Source: Lepidodermella squamata (lineage: Eukaryota > Animalia > Gastrotricha). From it: a stretch of DNA of 64,000 bases. Position 1 is the first letter of the stretch; each line of letters begins with the position of its first letter. The translations under genes were made by a program, and so were the position numbers. The notes beneath the pieces were generated by a model. The model saw only the letters and a list, made by a program, of their open reading frames with translations, made no database searches and had not been told where the DNA came from. Where the stretch lies: NCBI GenBank assembly GCA_047495785.1, contig JBLDXI010000055.1, positions 744,001 to 808,000 on the forward strand, read 5' to 3'. Positions 22,805 through 35,649 of this stretch are shown here, piece by piece.

Positions 22805-24109
22805 TCAATCAAGGTAAAAATACTCGTTGTCGACAGGATTTTCCAACATTTTGTATTTTCGATAATTCATAGCGTCTCTGCCCAAGGTTCGAAGCAGACT
22901 GTAAAATTTCGGAAGAAAGTCTTTAGGCAGCGGATCACTGCCGGCCATACCAGCAATACTATTTGCGTTTTCGACATCCAGTTCCAGAAATGGGAAATAC
23001 TCGGTTATGACCCAAGGCTTGCAAATATTTCCGATCCATTTTTCAGTATTTTCCGCAACTTCTTTTACCATAATTTCGTTAGCTGGTAGTTGGACTTTTC
23101 CGGAGATGGTTGCACATGCGAATTCGGCTTGAAGTCTGAGGCAAGCGATAAGGGCCACATTCGTTTTGCCAACAAAAAGAACCGACGAGCATTTAGGGTT
23201 GACCACGTTTTTGTAAAGTGGAAAGATGAATGGCATCGAATTAAAGTCGACGTCTAAATCAGCCGACAAAGGATGTAATTGGTGGAATCCTGTCGCGAAA
23301 ATAATTGCATCAAATTGATCCGAAGTGCCATCAGTAAAATATGCAGTGTCCCCATCGGCTCTGACCAATTTAGGCTTGATTCGTAAATAATCAACCATAT
23401 CATCTCGATGCCAGTAGGGCCTATGCTGACCCCATGAAATAACCGTCTTTTTCGCGCATTTTGTGAGCGAAATTGCGACATCCATGCCGCCAAATGCTGC
23501 GCCAACTACCAGGACTCGCTTGTCCGTAAATCTAGCTGGATCGTGAAGGTCATGATAGTGTATAACAGTACCGGAAAATTTGCTGATGTCGCTATCTGGT
23601 GGTATAACAGGTTTGCGATGTTGGCCCGAACACAAAATCACGCGATCAAATGTTTCATAGCTCACGTCTCCAGTAGCCAAATTCTTAATTTGAACATTCA
23701 AACTGGCTGATTTGTCCGAATTTTGGCTGATGTTTGTGACAAGACGGTTGAACCTGATAAACCTGTGCAGGTTGAACTTTGATTCAAATGCCTGCAGGTA
23801 TTCGAGCATTTCGCCTTGAGTAGGGAAGCAAGATTTCGGCGTTCCTTCAGGCCATGGAAAATCCGGGTGGATTTGCATTCCGCTCTTAAATGTATTCGAT
23901 TGAAGGCCTTGGTACATGCTGCTTTGTATCGGAAAGCCGTCCTTCGAAGTATCGGGCTTATTCGAGCTCAACACCCATTCGCCGCCGATTTGATTTGAAC
24001 CTTCATAACAAATAACCTCGAGTTTGGGTATAGCCTCGGCCAAGCGCCTTTGAATGGTATACAGGGTGACCAATCCAGCTGGCCCAGCGCCAATAACAGC
24101 AATTCTCAT
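22805..24109 (-). CDS. Flavin-containing monooxygenase (class B FMO), single exon
   Basis: N-terminal RIAVIGAGPAG (FAD), GGEW, SSMYQGL.SN, FSGTVIH FMO motif, second Rossmann VLVVGAAFGGMD, DAIIFATGF. Confidence 0.9.
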   Translation of the reverse strand: MRIAVIGAGPAGLVTLYTIQRRLAEAIPKLEVICYEGSNQIGGEWVLSSNKPDTSKDGFPIQSSMYQGLQSNTFKSGMQIHPDFPWPEGTPKSCFPTQGEMLEYLQAFESKFNLHRFIRFNRLVTNISQNSDKSASLNVQIKNLATGDVSYETFDRVILCSGQHRKPVIPPDSDISKFSGTVIHYHDLHDPARFTDKRVLVVGAAFGGMDVAISLTKCAKKTVISWGQHRPYWHRDDMVDYLRIKPKLVRADGDTAYFTDGTSDQFDAIIFATGFHQLHPLSADLDVDFNSMPFIFPLYKNVVNPKCSSVLFVGKTNVALIACLRLQAEFACATISGKVQLPANEIMVKEVAENTEKWIGNICKPWVITEYFPFLELDVENANSIAGMAGSDPLPKDFLPKFYSLLRTLGRDAMNYRKYKMLENPVDNEYFYLD

Positions 24110-24786
24110 TCCTTCTTTTGCGGTATAGACACTTACCTATATAAGGCAACACTTGCAGTTGGTATCGGGATGGTGGGATTGGTGGGAAAATCGTCTTACG
24201 AGCCTAATACTTCTTATCTTCGCCACGATAAAAAACAATAGCAGACCGCAAGCTTGGAGATAACTAGCCCGTAACAGTTTAGAAAGTCGTATGGTGCCTA
24301 GAAATTATACTCTTTTATAAGAGCATGTTGGTGTTTGTCTTCACTCTCCCCTACAAAAAGTAATGTGTGTAAAATTATCATGAAATTATCTTAATTCTTG
24401 AGGCATTGAATGAGCCTCTAACAGACACGTAAAAATTGGTCGTTTATTAGATTTGCGTTCAGAGAGAACGGGTACCTCTGTGATAGGATTATATTGAGTA
24501 TCCCACATTATCCCACGGCATATTTGTAGAGGTTGATTCGACTGGTTGATTCGTCCGTCTATTTGAAATTTCCAGTTAAAAATATTATTTGAAGGTGCTT
24601 ATGCTTGATTTTCCGAGAACCCACCGTTTTGAATGCCAAGAAGCTTTATTAACAAAATGAGGTAATTACGCCTCACCGCAGACGTTTACAAACTCAAATC
24701 AGTAGTAATAAATCAAAAATCATCGAATAAAGAATTTATGTAAAATTAAGGCTTATAATAATATAGTAATAAGTCGTGAATCACGG

Positions 24787-27008
24787 TTAAAACAACATTT
24801 CGGCAATTTCAATTTTGTCAGAATCGTAGACAACGCAAATGAAGACTTTGTCACCATCAGCCGGTGAAACTTCATCTTTTTTAAAGGCAGAGAATGCCTT
24901 TACTTTTCGAGGATAGCCGTTCGAGAGACCGGCAGGTAGGGCTGAAACTAGTCTCGGAGCTGTGTGGCCAAAGATCGAGTACCTCTGCGAAAGAATAAAA
25001 ATTGATGCTTTTCGAAGGATAAATCGAAGGCGAAAACTTTACGCAAATGAAGCCGTTGCGGGCGTAAAGAATGTCATGCCCATCCAAGACACAGAGCGTG
25101 TTAGTTTCGGACATTTTGAAGTAGTCATCGTCCCAAGCAGCCGAAACTTTCGTCTCCCATTGCTCGCGGTCGCATTCATGAGTTTTGAGGTAAACCTTCA
25201 GCGAGTTCAAATTACCGCTGTTTGAGTAGAAAATCGTCGTAGACAGGTCGCTGTTGAGACCAGGCGTCATGCAGTGAACGACGCACTCCTTGCCGAGATG
25301 CCGCCAGCGTTTAACCACCGAAGTTCGCTTCGTAGTCGAGTTGCAGTACTCGCCACCCTCGTACGCTACGATGTTGTCATCACCCTGGGTTGTAACAACC
25401 CAGACCGAACTTCCGGTCCAAAGCGTTGTCAAGCCACGGAAACTTTCTTGCGATTCGCCAATGGCAAATAGAGCCGGTTCGAGCGATAAATGGGAGAAGG
25501 ACGAACTGAGCGCAGTTCCGAACGCGAAATGGCAAACTTGGCGGCCCTTTGCATTTCGAGAATTGCGAACATCAGCGGTCACGTAACAAATTTCCTTGCA
25601 ATCGATAGCGAAGCCATCAACTTCAAACTTCGTCAAAACTGACGGCTTTAAAATTGTGATGTGTTTGAAAATTTCGCCGCCAGTTGTCGCGCACTAAAAT
25701 TAGTCGAAAAAATGTAAAAAATCGAAAGAAATGCTCTTTTTACTCACCGCAATTTTGTTTTTGCCGTACAAAATGGCGAAAATTCCCCGTTTAGGAACAG
25801 CCAGGATTTGCTTGACTTCTATCAGAGTCGTGACGTGATTGATGTTTTGATACATGGATGTATTTCTGGCTTGAAATCCAGACGCCGTCGTTTGACAAGC
25901 TACGTCATTTACGCTGCAGCCATCTCGATCCGGGTCGATGGCCTCATTCGGATTTTCTGGGTCAATTAGCTTGTTTTTACCCTCGCCCAAGGCCGAAGCT
26001 TCGATTTCGATGTTACCAAGAGACAGAGATTTCAGCGAACCCAATTTAGCCATCAATTCTTTATTCGCGTTGTATCGAATCCAATGGCCGTGTTTTCGAC
26101 TGAGTGACTTCAAACGCTGGTTAAAACTCTGAAGGTTCGCCACGTCCTCATAGAGCTCGCAAACCTTAGCCAAATCTTGCTTGAAAACCGAAGTATTGGC
26201 CAGATGTTTGATTCGATCCTCAAGACCTCGGGCAGGGTCGAAGTTCTTCAAATCTTCTGTGTACTTGAGCCACAAATCTTCCGACAACTGCTTGGATTGC
26301 TGGATGATTGTCTGCGTCTTTTTAACCAGCTCGCTTGTCGCCTTTTGAATAGACTCTTCGACCTGACCTATTTCAGTCTCGATTGATTGCAAATCGTGCT
26401 CCAAGGCTGTTCGAGCGCCTTTCTTGAACATGTCAACCCGACCACGTTCATCAGGGAAATTCTATAAATCGACAAACTTTAAAAATGAACCTGCGAATTT
26501 TTAGACTGACCTTGGCAAGATCGAGGATTTCCTCTTTGATTTGTTCAATGTGGCGGAATTTGCATGATTCGCAGAACAAGTTTTCGCAGTGATCGCATTT
26601 TTCTCGATCGCCCACAAGCAACAGCGTGTGAGGGCACTGCGTCCATCCTTCAACGCAGGTCGTTTCCAAGATTGCTTTGCGTTGCGCCGACATTTTCTCG
26701 ACGATATTCTGTACAATGATGTTAGTCGCAAAGGCGTCAACTCCCGCCTCGGTCAACGAATTCGACGAGCGGCATTCTGGGCACAGAATTGTCGCTTTGT
26801 CTGGTGAAATTACTGAGGAATTGTTTTGAAGTTGCTGCAAACAGCTCAAGCAGAAAGTATGCTGGCAAACTGGCATAAGTTTTGGGACTTCGAAAGGATT
26901 TAAGCATATCGAACAAGTTAAATCCTAAATATCAGGAATTTATCGACTGGGCGATAGAGGTGAGAAATCGAAACTCACCGCTAAGAGGTCTGTAGATGTG
27001 TTCATCAT
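24787..27008 (-). CDS. TRIM-like E3 ligase B
   Basis: Micro-exon MMNTSTDLLA, DLTCSICLNPFEVPKLMPVCQHTFCLSCL..CPECR, B-box CPH..CDHCENLFCESCKFRH, coiled coil, beta-rich C-terminus; last exon ends ..IEIAEMLF*. Confidence 0.8.
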
Positions 27009-27299
27009 GTTTTGAGTTGCATATAAAACCTATGAAAACGGCAAGTTATGGAGCTATAATCGTATCAAAATTGGCTGGAATTAGGAAGCATTAAACTTCA
27101 ATAATTGAATTGAAATTGCAGCTTGAAAACATGTCTAAGGCTGTTCAGAGACGCGTGTCACGTCCTCGTCGTCACTGTACACATGTTGCACAGGGCATGT
27201 GATTTCTGGAAAACTGCTGTAGGAGACCTAAAAGCACTTAATTGACCCAAAAATCGCGCAATAAGACGCTCAAATCACGCCACGAATCACGTTTTTCAA

Positions 27300-27410
27300 A
27301 TGGAGTGGAATTTTCCGCATGAAGTCTAAAATTTAAAATTTAAATCCAAAATCTTATTTAAGCGGAATTTCCCGCATAACTTCTGTTATAGAGAGGAATT
27401 TTCCGCATGA
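27300..27410 (+). repeat. Three dispersed direct repeats ggaattt(t/c)ccgcat
   Basis: Copies at about 27307, 27364 and 27395 in the intergenic region between divergent genes. Confidence 0.5.
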
Positions 27411-27846
27411 GAGATTACAGAATAAATTCATGTTTTTAATCATCGTAATCTGAGCTGTCCCTCATATAGCAATAGCGCTAGCTTCATCATCAGTGCCTTC
27501 ATCATCGCTCTGGTGGGTTCAATGTCGACCCCTCATCGAGAATTAATGTGTCAGGCTTGGGCTTCCTTTCCTTTAAGTCGACCAGGCAATGGGTCACACT
27601 GTCAAGGAATTGAGTATAGCCAAGTCGAACGTTGGCTAACTGAGCCCAGAAGGCCTTGATGCGATCCGTGACGTTCTGGTCGACTCTGTTTCACGAAAGT
27701 TTATAGTTAGCCACCTTTGCAAGTCGAAGACGAGCGAATAAGCAAATTAGAAAAGCGCCACACATCACGTGCCTCATATTAAAGGTTGACAAAAATCCTC
27801 CTTAAAATTTGCCGAATTTCAGTTATTAATTTTCGAGTCGAATAAA

Positions 27847-30416
27847 ATGCTGTTTCTAGGTCTTCTCATTCTCCCGACTCTGGCCGTGAGTGAAAATTTC
27901 ACGGGCTACGTAATTTATGCAAGTAATAACGTGTCACACACTGGAATTGTGACCATCAAGCAAGGAGAACCCTTCATACAGGAACAAATTCGAAGCTTTC
28001 TCGTCTATATACCAAAGTATGATAGCCCGAATAGGGGCGCTTTCGAGGTGGTGTTCAAGTTTTTCTACAAACAACTAGAAGTAATCGGCGAGCCCGAAAG
28101 CGCGGTCGTCCTTTTGTATACGGTAAACAACAACGGCATCACAGTTCAAGAACATCCGCGTGGTCTCATCAACACAACGCTTGGTTGCGTGAAAGCGAAA
28201 ATAGGTCCTGGATACCGGCTTTTTCCTGATTTCTTCATACCGGCAGAACGAGTCGCCGTTGCTATCGAAGCGATAATGTCCGGAGAAGAAACGCCCATCC
28301 CGTATATTCCAGTTTGGGCTTACGCTTTCAACTCAATAACAGGCTGGCGAAAAGCTCCGATGCTCTTATTTGGCCAGGCAAATTTTGAATTTTGCAGTAA
28401 TTTTCTATACAAGTTTAGATTGCTCAAAGCCACAGTTACTTATAGATCTACTTCCCCTGACTTCGTCAAAATTCTGGCTAGTGAAAGAACTTACAATGAC
28501 GATTTCTTCGGGAAAAGTCTCCAATATCCCGAATTTCCATCTGATTGCATCGGCTGGGAGAGTGAGTGTAAACGCGTGTATGTGTCGAGGGAAAAGGTCA
28601 ATAAATACACTAAAACTGACGATTTCGGCTGTCGGCCGCTGTCTCGATTTAGCGTCGATTTTATTCACGAATGGTGGCACGTTTGTGGAGTTCACAATAC
28701 ACGAGATATCCAGTTGGAACGTCGAACCGTTGTTGCAGCTCCTGGAGGTAAGATCGTGAGGCTAGAGTGTGAGCCGCCGAATAGCTGGAAAAGGTTCGAT
28801 CATGCGGAACGGCGTTTTGTTCCTTTGGATTACAGCGTAGTCGATGATAAAACCGGCGAGTTACAAGTCACTGTTGCGCATAACCCCAAAACGGACGACT
28901 ATGTTTTCAGATGTTCGGGATATCATAGAAAAGGTGAACACTTTCATTCCTAAATTATAATGTTAAACTAACATCCAGTGTTTCAGAGGAAATTGTAGTT
29001 GAAAATAGTAGCAGATACATCAGCTGCCGAGTAATCTCCTTGCAGTCAGAAATATATGCAGGCCAGAGGGCAACAGTGGCATTTTCATGCCAAAAGAAAC
29101 CAATGCCATTCGACGACCTCGACCTCGAGTTTTATGTTGATGCCGTAAAATTTGAATCAAAGCCCTCCTCTCTCCTAATAACAAATACTGTCATCGCCAA
29201 TGTTGCTGATTTCGAAACCAGGTGGCTCAACGCCACGGATATAGTTGGCGAATTTAAAGTCTATATTGAAAATATCGATCAATTACCGAATTTGCAATGC
29301 GACGGCATCTCCGACTTGGGATGTATGGCGCCTAAAATTATTGCAACTTTCGAGCTGAGGATAGAAAATTCGCTTGGAACTTTACAGATCCAGAACTTGT
29401 TTTCGGTAACTATAACTATGCACACGGTATCGGAGCCTGAAATTGAAGACGACGAAGACGACGGCAATCCTTGTGCTGTTGATAGTAGTGACTGTTATTT
29501 ATTGAATGGCGAGTGTCGCCCGGCTGGGTCAACGTTTGAATGGTGGGAATGTCCTAAGCTTGGATCCTTACCATCTACCACTGATGAGGAACTCCGGTTC
29601 AAAGCTCAGCGCAGGGTCATTGTAGGCGCTCCTATAATAAATCGAGATCCTATTAGCCTCGATTTTCATTACAACAAATCAACTGATGAACGAAATGTCA
29701 CTTGGTATCGATACGATAAGTCGAAAAAGAGATTTGATATAATGCGAAGAGATCTCCACGAAGAGTTTTCCGACAACAATTATGATTCTACTAGAAGGGT
29801 CAGCACTTTGACCATACCATGGACCTACGCAGTTGGCAATGCTTACCGATGCGAGGTCAAAAACGATGACGATACGGACGAATTTCGGGAATATTACATC
29901 ATTAATACGGCACTGTATATAAAACAATGCGGGGTTGTGCCGATGTATCAGGATAGAAAGGTTTCATGGTCTCGAATTTTCTGCACTTTGACATCGGCTG
30001 GAACCGAGCTAATCAAATTTCACTTGGCTAGGCAATATTTGTTGGTGAATCTCTCCGATTACTTTTACGTACCTGAGTTTCTAGAAAATCCTGATGTGAT
30101 GGTTAATAGTCTACTGTTCGAAGCGAATCAAACATTGGCTATTGATGTTGTCATAAACATGGAAAATGCGATGTGGACTATGGACGACCCTCCTGAAGCA
30201 GCAGGACTCTACAACGTCATACTTGGTCTCGGGGAATTCGTCGAGCCGATAGACCTTTTGGATGAACCTCTACAAATAATCATTGAAAACACAAAATCGA
30301 CACGAAACGCTTCGGCAAGACTTGGAAATACTTTTATTTTGAGTTCAGCATTGATATTTTACGCAGTTTTCGACGCTGAATTTAGATTAAAAAGAAAAGT
30401 CAGTTATGAAGCGTAA
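27847..30416 (+). CDS. Orphan secreted/type-I membrane glycoprotein with Ig-like domain(s), 2 exons, about 837 aa
   Basis: Signal peptide MLFLGLLILPTLAVSE; phase-1 intron at about 28933-28986 joins the two long ORFs; Ig-like VTWYRYD...STLTIP...YRCEV; hydrophobic C-terminal stretch followed by basic RLKRK. Confidence 0.65.
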
Positions 30417-30464
30417 TTCATACAAAAAAGCACAACAAAAATTTGATTGTAGAAAAAAATCAGG

Positions 30465-32856
30465 TCATTTCGTGTCGAGATCGCCGATAGCAATCAAGGA
30501 TTTACTAATGTCTTCGGGATAAATGACTGCTAAATACGACTTGGGTTCACCACCATTCCAAGCGGTCATGACAGCCAGATTGTCGATGCAAGAGCTGGTT
30601 CGCTTGTAAACTGCAGGCTCGGGACATTGATGAGAGAGTTCGGGAAGGTCATACGAATTGACGTATTTCTGAAAAATATCCTTTAAATATTTATAATTGA
30701 TGTTGTCGCTGAACTCACGTAAATAACCCCATGATTCCACAGCAGAACATTTCCATTGCCGTAGCAGCAAATCTTAAGAGGTTCGCAATTCATGAATAGA
30801 CTCCTTTTCAAGAATGATTTTTCGGCAAGCGAGCGCAGATTTGAGCAATGAGGAACCACAGCAGACCAGCTTAAAAGCTTGCAGTCGCTTGAGCAGATAA
30901 TCTTCAGGTTATTCGAATCTTCGCTGCGGTCAGTATCGATGGCGTGAAGGTAAGGATTCGGTCCGAGGTACCACTTGTTGATGAGCTTGGCAGGCTCATT
31001 GCGAGGCGTATTTATGCCATCGTAAGCGACAATGTCGTTGCCTTCTGAGCTAAAAACAGTCTGAAATTCATTGCTCACAGCGATGTTGCCAAAGGTCGAC
31101 GGAAAAGTGTCGCCAGCCGTTCGAAAAACGACGGGTTCGAGTCGGTTACCGCTTTGACTCAACCAAATCCTGAACATGGCTTTTTCAAGCCCTCTCGAAG
31201 TTTGTCCGGTACCGGATAGAAATATGGTACAACGGTTGTCGGTGGAGATCATGTCAACTTGAAAGGTTGTGAACCCTTTCGGCACCAGAATGTCGATGGT
31301 TCGCGTTACTTTCCCATCTGAAGGTGAAATCATCTGTTGGAAAAGTATTAATGAATGATTGGTTCAAGTTCAAATGAAGTACCTTGATTTGATTTCCATC
31401 AGGTGAGACAGTTAGGACTGCGAATAGTCCGTGTGCAGAATGCTTCGGCATGGCGATGACTCGCTTTGCCGATGTCATCAGTCGCGTATTGATTACTGTC
31501 TTGTTGGCTTGGACACTTTTCAACGGCTGTTGTGGCTTCACTGCAAATTTGTTTGTTCGCTTAATTTCTTCAATTCGAGGCGTTACGGCAGATCTCTTAG
31601 AGGGTTGAAACGCCGGAGAAAGAGCAGCGAACAGCGTTGAATGCCTGATTTCCGGCTCGTGATGATGGAAGCTCGAATCGGCAGATGCTTTACCTTTTAC
31701 GGGCGATGAATCGAGTGAGCTGCATTTCTGAGCCTTTCCTCGACTCTCCGCGGCTGGTTGTGAGACTTGGCCGTTAAAAACTATCGACCCGAAATTTAAC
31801 GATTTGATGCATTCAAGAAGCTCCTTGAAATTGGACGTAGCGTCGAATGAAATTAGAGCTTTGTTTTCTTTCAAGTAATCTTCTGTTTCCTGAAACTTGG
31901 CGATCTGTATTTTAGAATATATTAGAAGAAATATAAATAATTGTAATTGATTTACGTTTTCTTCGTTTTTGCAGGCTTTCTGATAAATCGAAGCTGCATC
32001 AGCTAGGCTTTTGCTGTTGGGTGGAAGTTGGGACATCTCGTCGTTCAAAGCTTGAAGATTAGCCAGGTTCGACGTAGCCGAAGAGGCGAGCTGTCGTAGG
32101 CGCGTGAGTTCGAACTTGGCTAAGTTTCGAGCCTCGTCGCAAATTTTGTTCGTTCGTTCGCGAAGTGAAGCTACTACGGTGACGAGCAAAGATTGCGTCG
32201 CAGACTCGAGATGGCCTTTGATTTTATCGATGTCTCGTTCCAATAGTACCTCAACATGCTCGATGAAACTTTCTGTTGACTGGTGAGAGATCTCTGCCGT
32301 CTCGAATTTCTAGTACAAATGCTCAATTTTCGGAAATTTTTTCGGAATTTTCTTCTTACTTTTGTAAATTCGTCCAAGTCGGCTCTAATTTTCGCAATAT
32401 GCCGAACTTTGCACGAGTCGCAGAAATGTTTATCGCAATGCTGGCACAATTCTCGGTCCCGTTTTTCATCATCATGTGGGCATTTCTCCAGAGCCACTTG
32501 ATCAGTCGAAGAATGTTTCACGGTGGATGAGAACGATTGACGCAGCTGATCAGCCAAGCGCTTCGCAACTTCGTTGGTAACAAAGGAATCCAATCCCTTG
32601 GCGCGGGTGACTAAACAGGCCGTAGAGCATTCGGGACATTTAAGAATCGAGCCAGTGCCGTCGCCCCGGGTTGGAATCAGTTCGATGTTCTGGAGACATT
32701 CGAGACAGAACGAGTGGTCGCAACGAGGCAACTTTTTCGGCTCCTTGTACAAATCCTTGCAAATGTAGCAAGTAGCTAAATCAAGCTGAAAATAGCATAT
32801 AATTCAAATTTAATGACATAAGGTAGGGTGCTTACCGATGGGCAATGTAATTCCAT
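30465..32856 (-). CDS. TRIM-like E3 ligase C
   Basis: Micro-exon MELHCPS, TCYICKDLYKEPKKLPRCDHSFCLECL..CPECS, B-box CPH..CQHCDKHFCDSCKVRH, coiled coil, low-complexity linker, C-terminal domain with FGNIAVS..WYLGPNPY. Confidence 0.8.
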
Positions 32857-33061
32857 TAATACCTTCAAGACGGCAAGCAACGATTTTCAGCGAATACTCG
32901 GCACTGTTTCACTCTTTACAAATTTAAAATTAATCTGTGAATACTGTCAACCTGACGCGTAGACTTCTATAGTTAAATAAACACCTGTATAGCACAAGTT
33001 TTGTTCAAACAACGTCAAATGCTTTTGTATGTATCTTTCAAATCAAATTCGTCGCCAGATG

Positions 33062-35636
33062 TCAGTTTAATTCAGCAAAGGCCATCTGAACGAAAGGGCC
33101 GGCTTCATCGCAGTCAGAATCAGGAGGATAAAGGACGGCCAAGTAGGATTTGTGGGGAGTGGTCAGAACAGCGAGGCTCTGAATCGCAGATTTGACGTCA
33201 TCAACCAGGTCTGCTTTGAAGAAGTCGATTTTTTCCATGATTGGTTGATGGACATTCACAAATCGCTATGACAAAAAATAACATACGAAAATTTCAGAAA
33301 ATAATCATGAATTTTTACATGTAAATTGCCATTTCGCCAGGTAATAATCGCTCCATCTGAATAGGAGCATGTCTCGAATTCGCCACTCTGTAAACCCAGG
33401 CGCTTTTGCAGGATATCACGCTCTGAAAGTCGGCTAAGCGGTGGGCGATTACTCGACCAATTCGCAGAATTCGTTGCAGCCGGGTACATGGTCCAACTCA
33501 TTAGATCATTCGAAGTTAGACAAATCATTTTTAGCGAGTAGTAAGGTTCGAAAACATCTTCAACGCTAAGGACATATGGATCGGGTCCGAGGTGCCAACG
33601 GGCAATTGGCGTGCCGAGATGATCTCGGGGAAGATCGATCGATCCGAACGCCACGATTGAGTCTTTCTCAGTCGTGAATACGACGCCAAGCTCAGAACTC
33701 ACGGCGATGCCTTTGAACACGTTTGACAATCGGTCACGAGCGACGGCGAATAGCGTTGTAGGGGCACGGTGATATCCGTCTCTCGGCCAAAATCGAACGA
33801 TTACTTTGCGCTTGACGTTATACTCATCTCGTAGAACTGCTGAAGCGAAAACTGTGCCGCGGTTATCACTCGCGATCCAGCTGATGATGAATGAAGTCAG
33901 CGGGTAACCGACATGGGGCGAACCGATATCTACCCTTTCGATAAAGCTCCCATCATGCGAGTAGAACTAAAATCAAGCAAAACTGTGAAATATCAGCAGC
34001 GATATCAGAGGAAACTCACCGATAGACAATTTTTGTAATCTGACACAGACAATACGCCGAACATGCCAAACATGGCGACGACCTGAACTGAAAATTCGGA
34101 AGCAGTATTCTCCACAACATTGCTGTAAGGCTCCTGGCTGGCAGCATGTTGGGAATAGGATGTTGCCGAAGTTGCAGGGACGAAAGGTCGCGGCGAAGGT
34201 GTAGGGGCCACAGGTTGGTGAAGGGGTACAGAAGGCGCAGGGGCTACAGGTAGTGGAGTAGGTTCTGATTTCTTTGACTGCTCATCCTTTAGCCCAGAAA
34301 GCGTGACAATTTCATCCCATGCCATTGTGTTATCTGATGGGCGAGGTTGCGATGGTTCGGCAGCCGGCAGCTTCTCTTTCGGTACCTGCAAGGTTAGTCC
34401 AGGTTTGTCTGATGGACCGTCGCCATCGAGGCTGGCCAAGTCAACTTCACCCAAGTCCGGATCTTCCGCGGAAGTTTTGATCAAGCGAACCTCTGGCGAA
34501 CCCAACTGCAGCTTTTCCAGTGAAAGAAACAAGTCGTCCGTCGATCCAGGTTTCAACTGGAGAACCTTGTGATTGGTGCAATCTTCGAAAATAGCTTCCA
34601 GATTAGAAATAGCGAGAGCCTATAAGAATAATTAAATTCGGATGCTAGAAATCACTATTGCTATCACTCACCGAGCTTCTCTGAATTGAAATTTCCGAGA
34701 ACACTTTCGCAAAATCGTCCAGCTTTTGCTTGAATACCGAAATAGTCGCTACTTTATGCAGCGAATCTTTTGCCATCTGCAATTGGGAAACAGGATTTTC
34801 GGGCTGATCCGAAGGCGGCAAAATGCTTTTTCGAAGCTGAGCCATTTCCCGCTCCATCAAATCGCTAGCTTCATCTTTCAGAGATTTAACCTTGGAGCGT
34901 AGCTTGCTGACAAATTCCAGCAAAATAGTTTGGCTCATCGAATCTAGTTGGTCGTTGAATTCATTCAAATCTCGCCGCGACATGTCTTCGACGCCAGAGA
35001 GAACGTTTTCGATGTCCGATTTCTTTGACTTCGCCGCGAATTCTTCTTGATCCTGTCAAAATTAAATGAAACTAGCTATTTAATGTGATTAAAGATGACC
35101 CAGTCTCCTCACTTTCATCATACAAGCAGCGATTTCCTTTATTTTTTCCATATGAGGGTAGACACAACTCTTGCAAAAATGAAGCTCACAATGGGAACAA
35201 AATTGCCGATCTGGAGCAGTTTCGTGGGGGCAGACGCTCAAGTCGTCGATGATATCGTCTGTCAGCGCGTCGCTCTGGTGTGGTAAATAAATCGTGCGGG
35301 ATTTCGAATCGCCAATCTTGAACTTGACCTCGCCATCATCTCGTTTTCTCAAATAAATATTTGTTTTGAGATGTTCAACGCTGCCATCGGAAACCAGGCT
35401 CGGAGCCGCGCAATCAGGGCATACGATCACTTCGAACGGTTTATTACCCCAGCGTTTAAATTTGTTCAAACAATTTAGACAAAAGTGATGCGAGCAGTTT
35501 GGCAGTTTTCTAGGTTCTTGGTATAGTTGCTTGCAGAAATTACACTTCAAAGACTAAAGAACAAGCCAAAGGTTAGAGGTTTCAAACTAGTGATGAACCG
35601 ATTAAATTATACCTGTATCGACTGATCAGAGGCCAT
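33062..35636 (-). CDS. TRIM-like E3 ligase D
   Basis: Micro-exon MASDQSIQ, KCNFCKQLYQEPRKLPNCSHHFCLNCL..CPDCA, B-box CPH..CSHCELHFCKSCVYPH, coiled coil, Pro-rich linker, FKGIAVS..WHLGPDPY. Confidence 0.8.
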
Positions 35637-35649
35637 GAAACTCCAATCT

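Noticed and set aside
18406-24109. Bacterial or fungal contamination as the source of the foreign-looking genes
   Set aside because: The GST-like and TPS genes carry the same short GT-AG introns as their neighbours and are contiguous with animal-type TRIM and Cys-loop genes.
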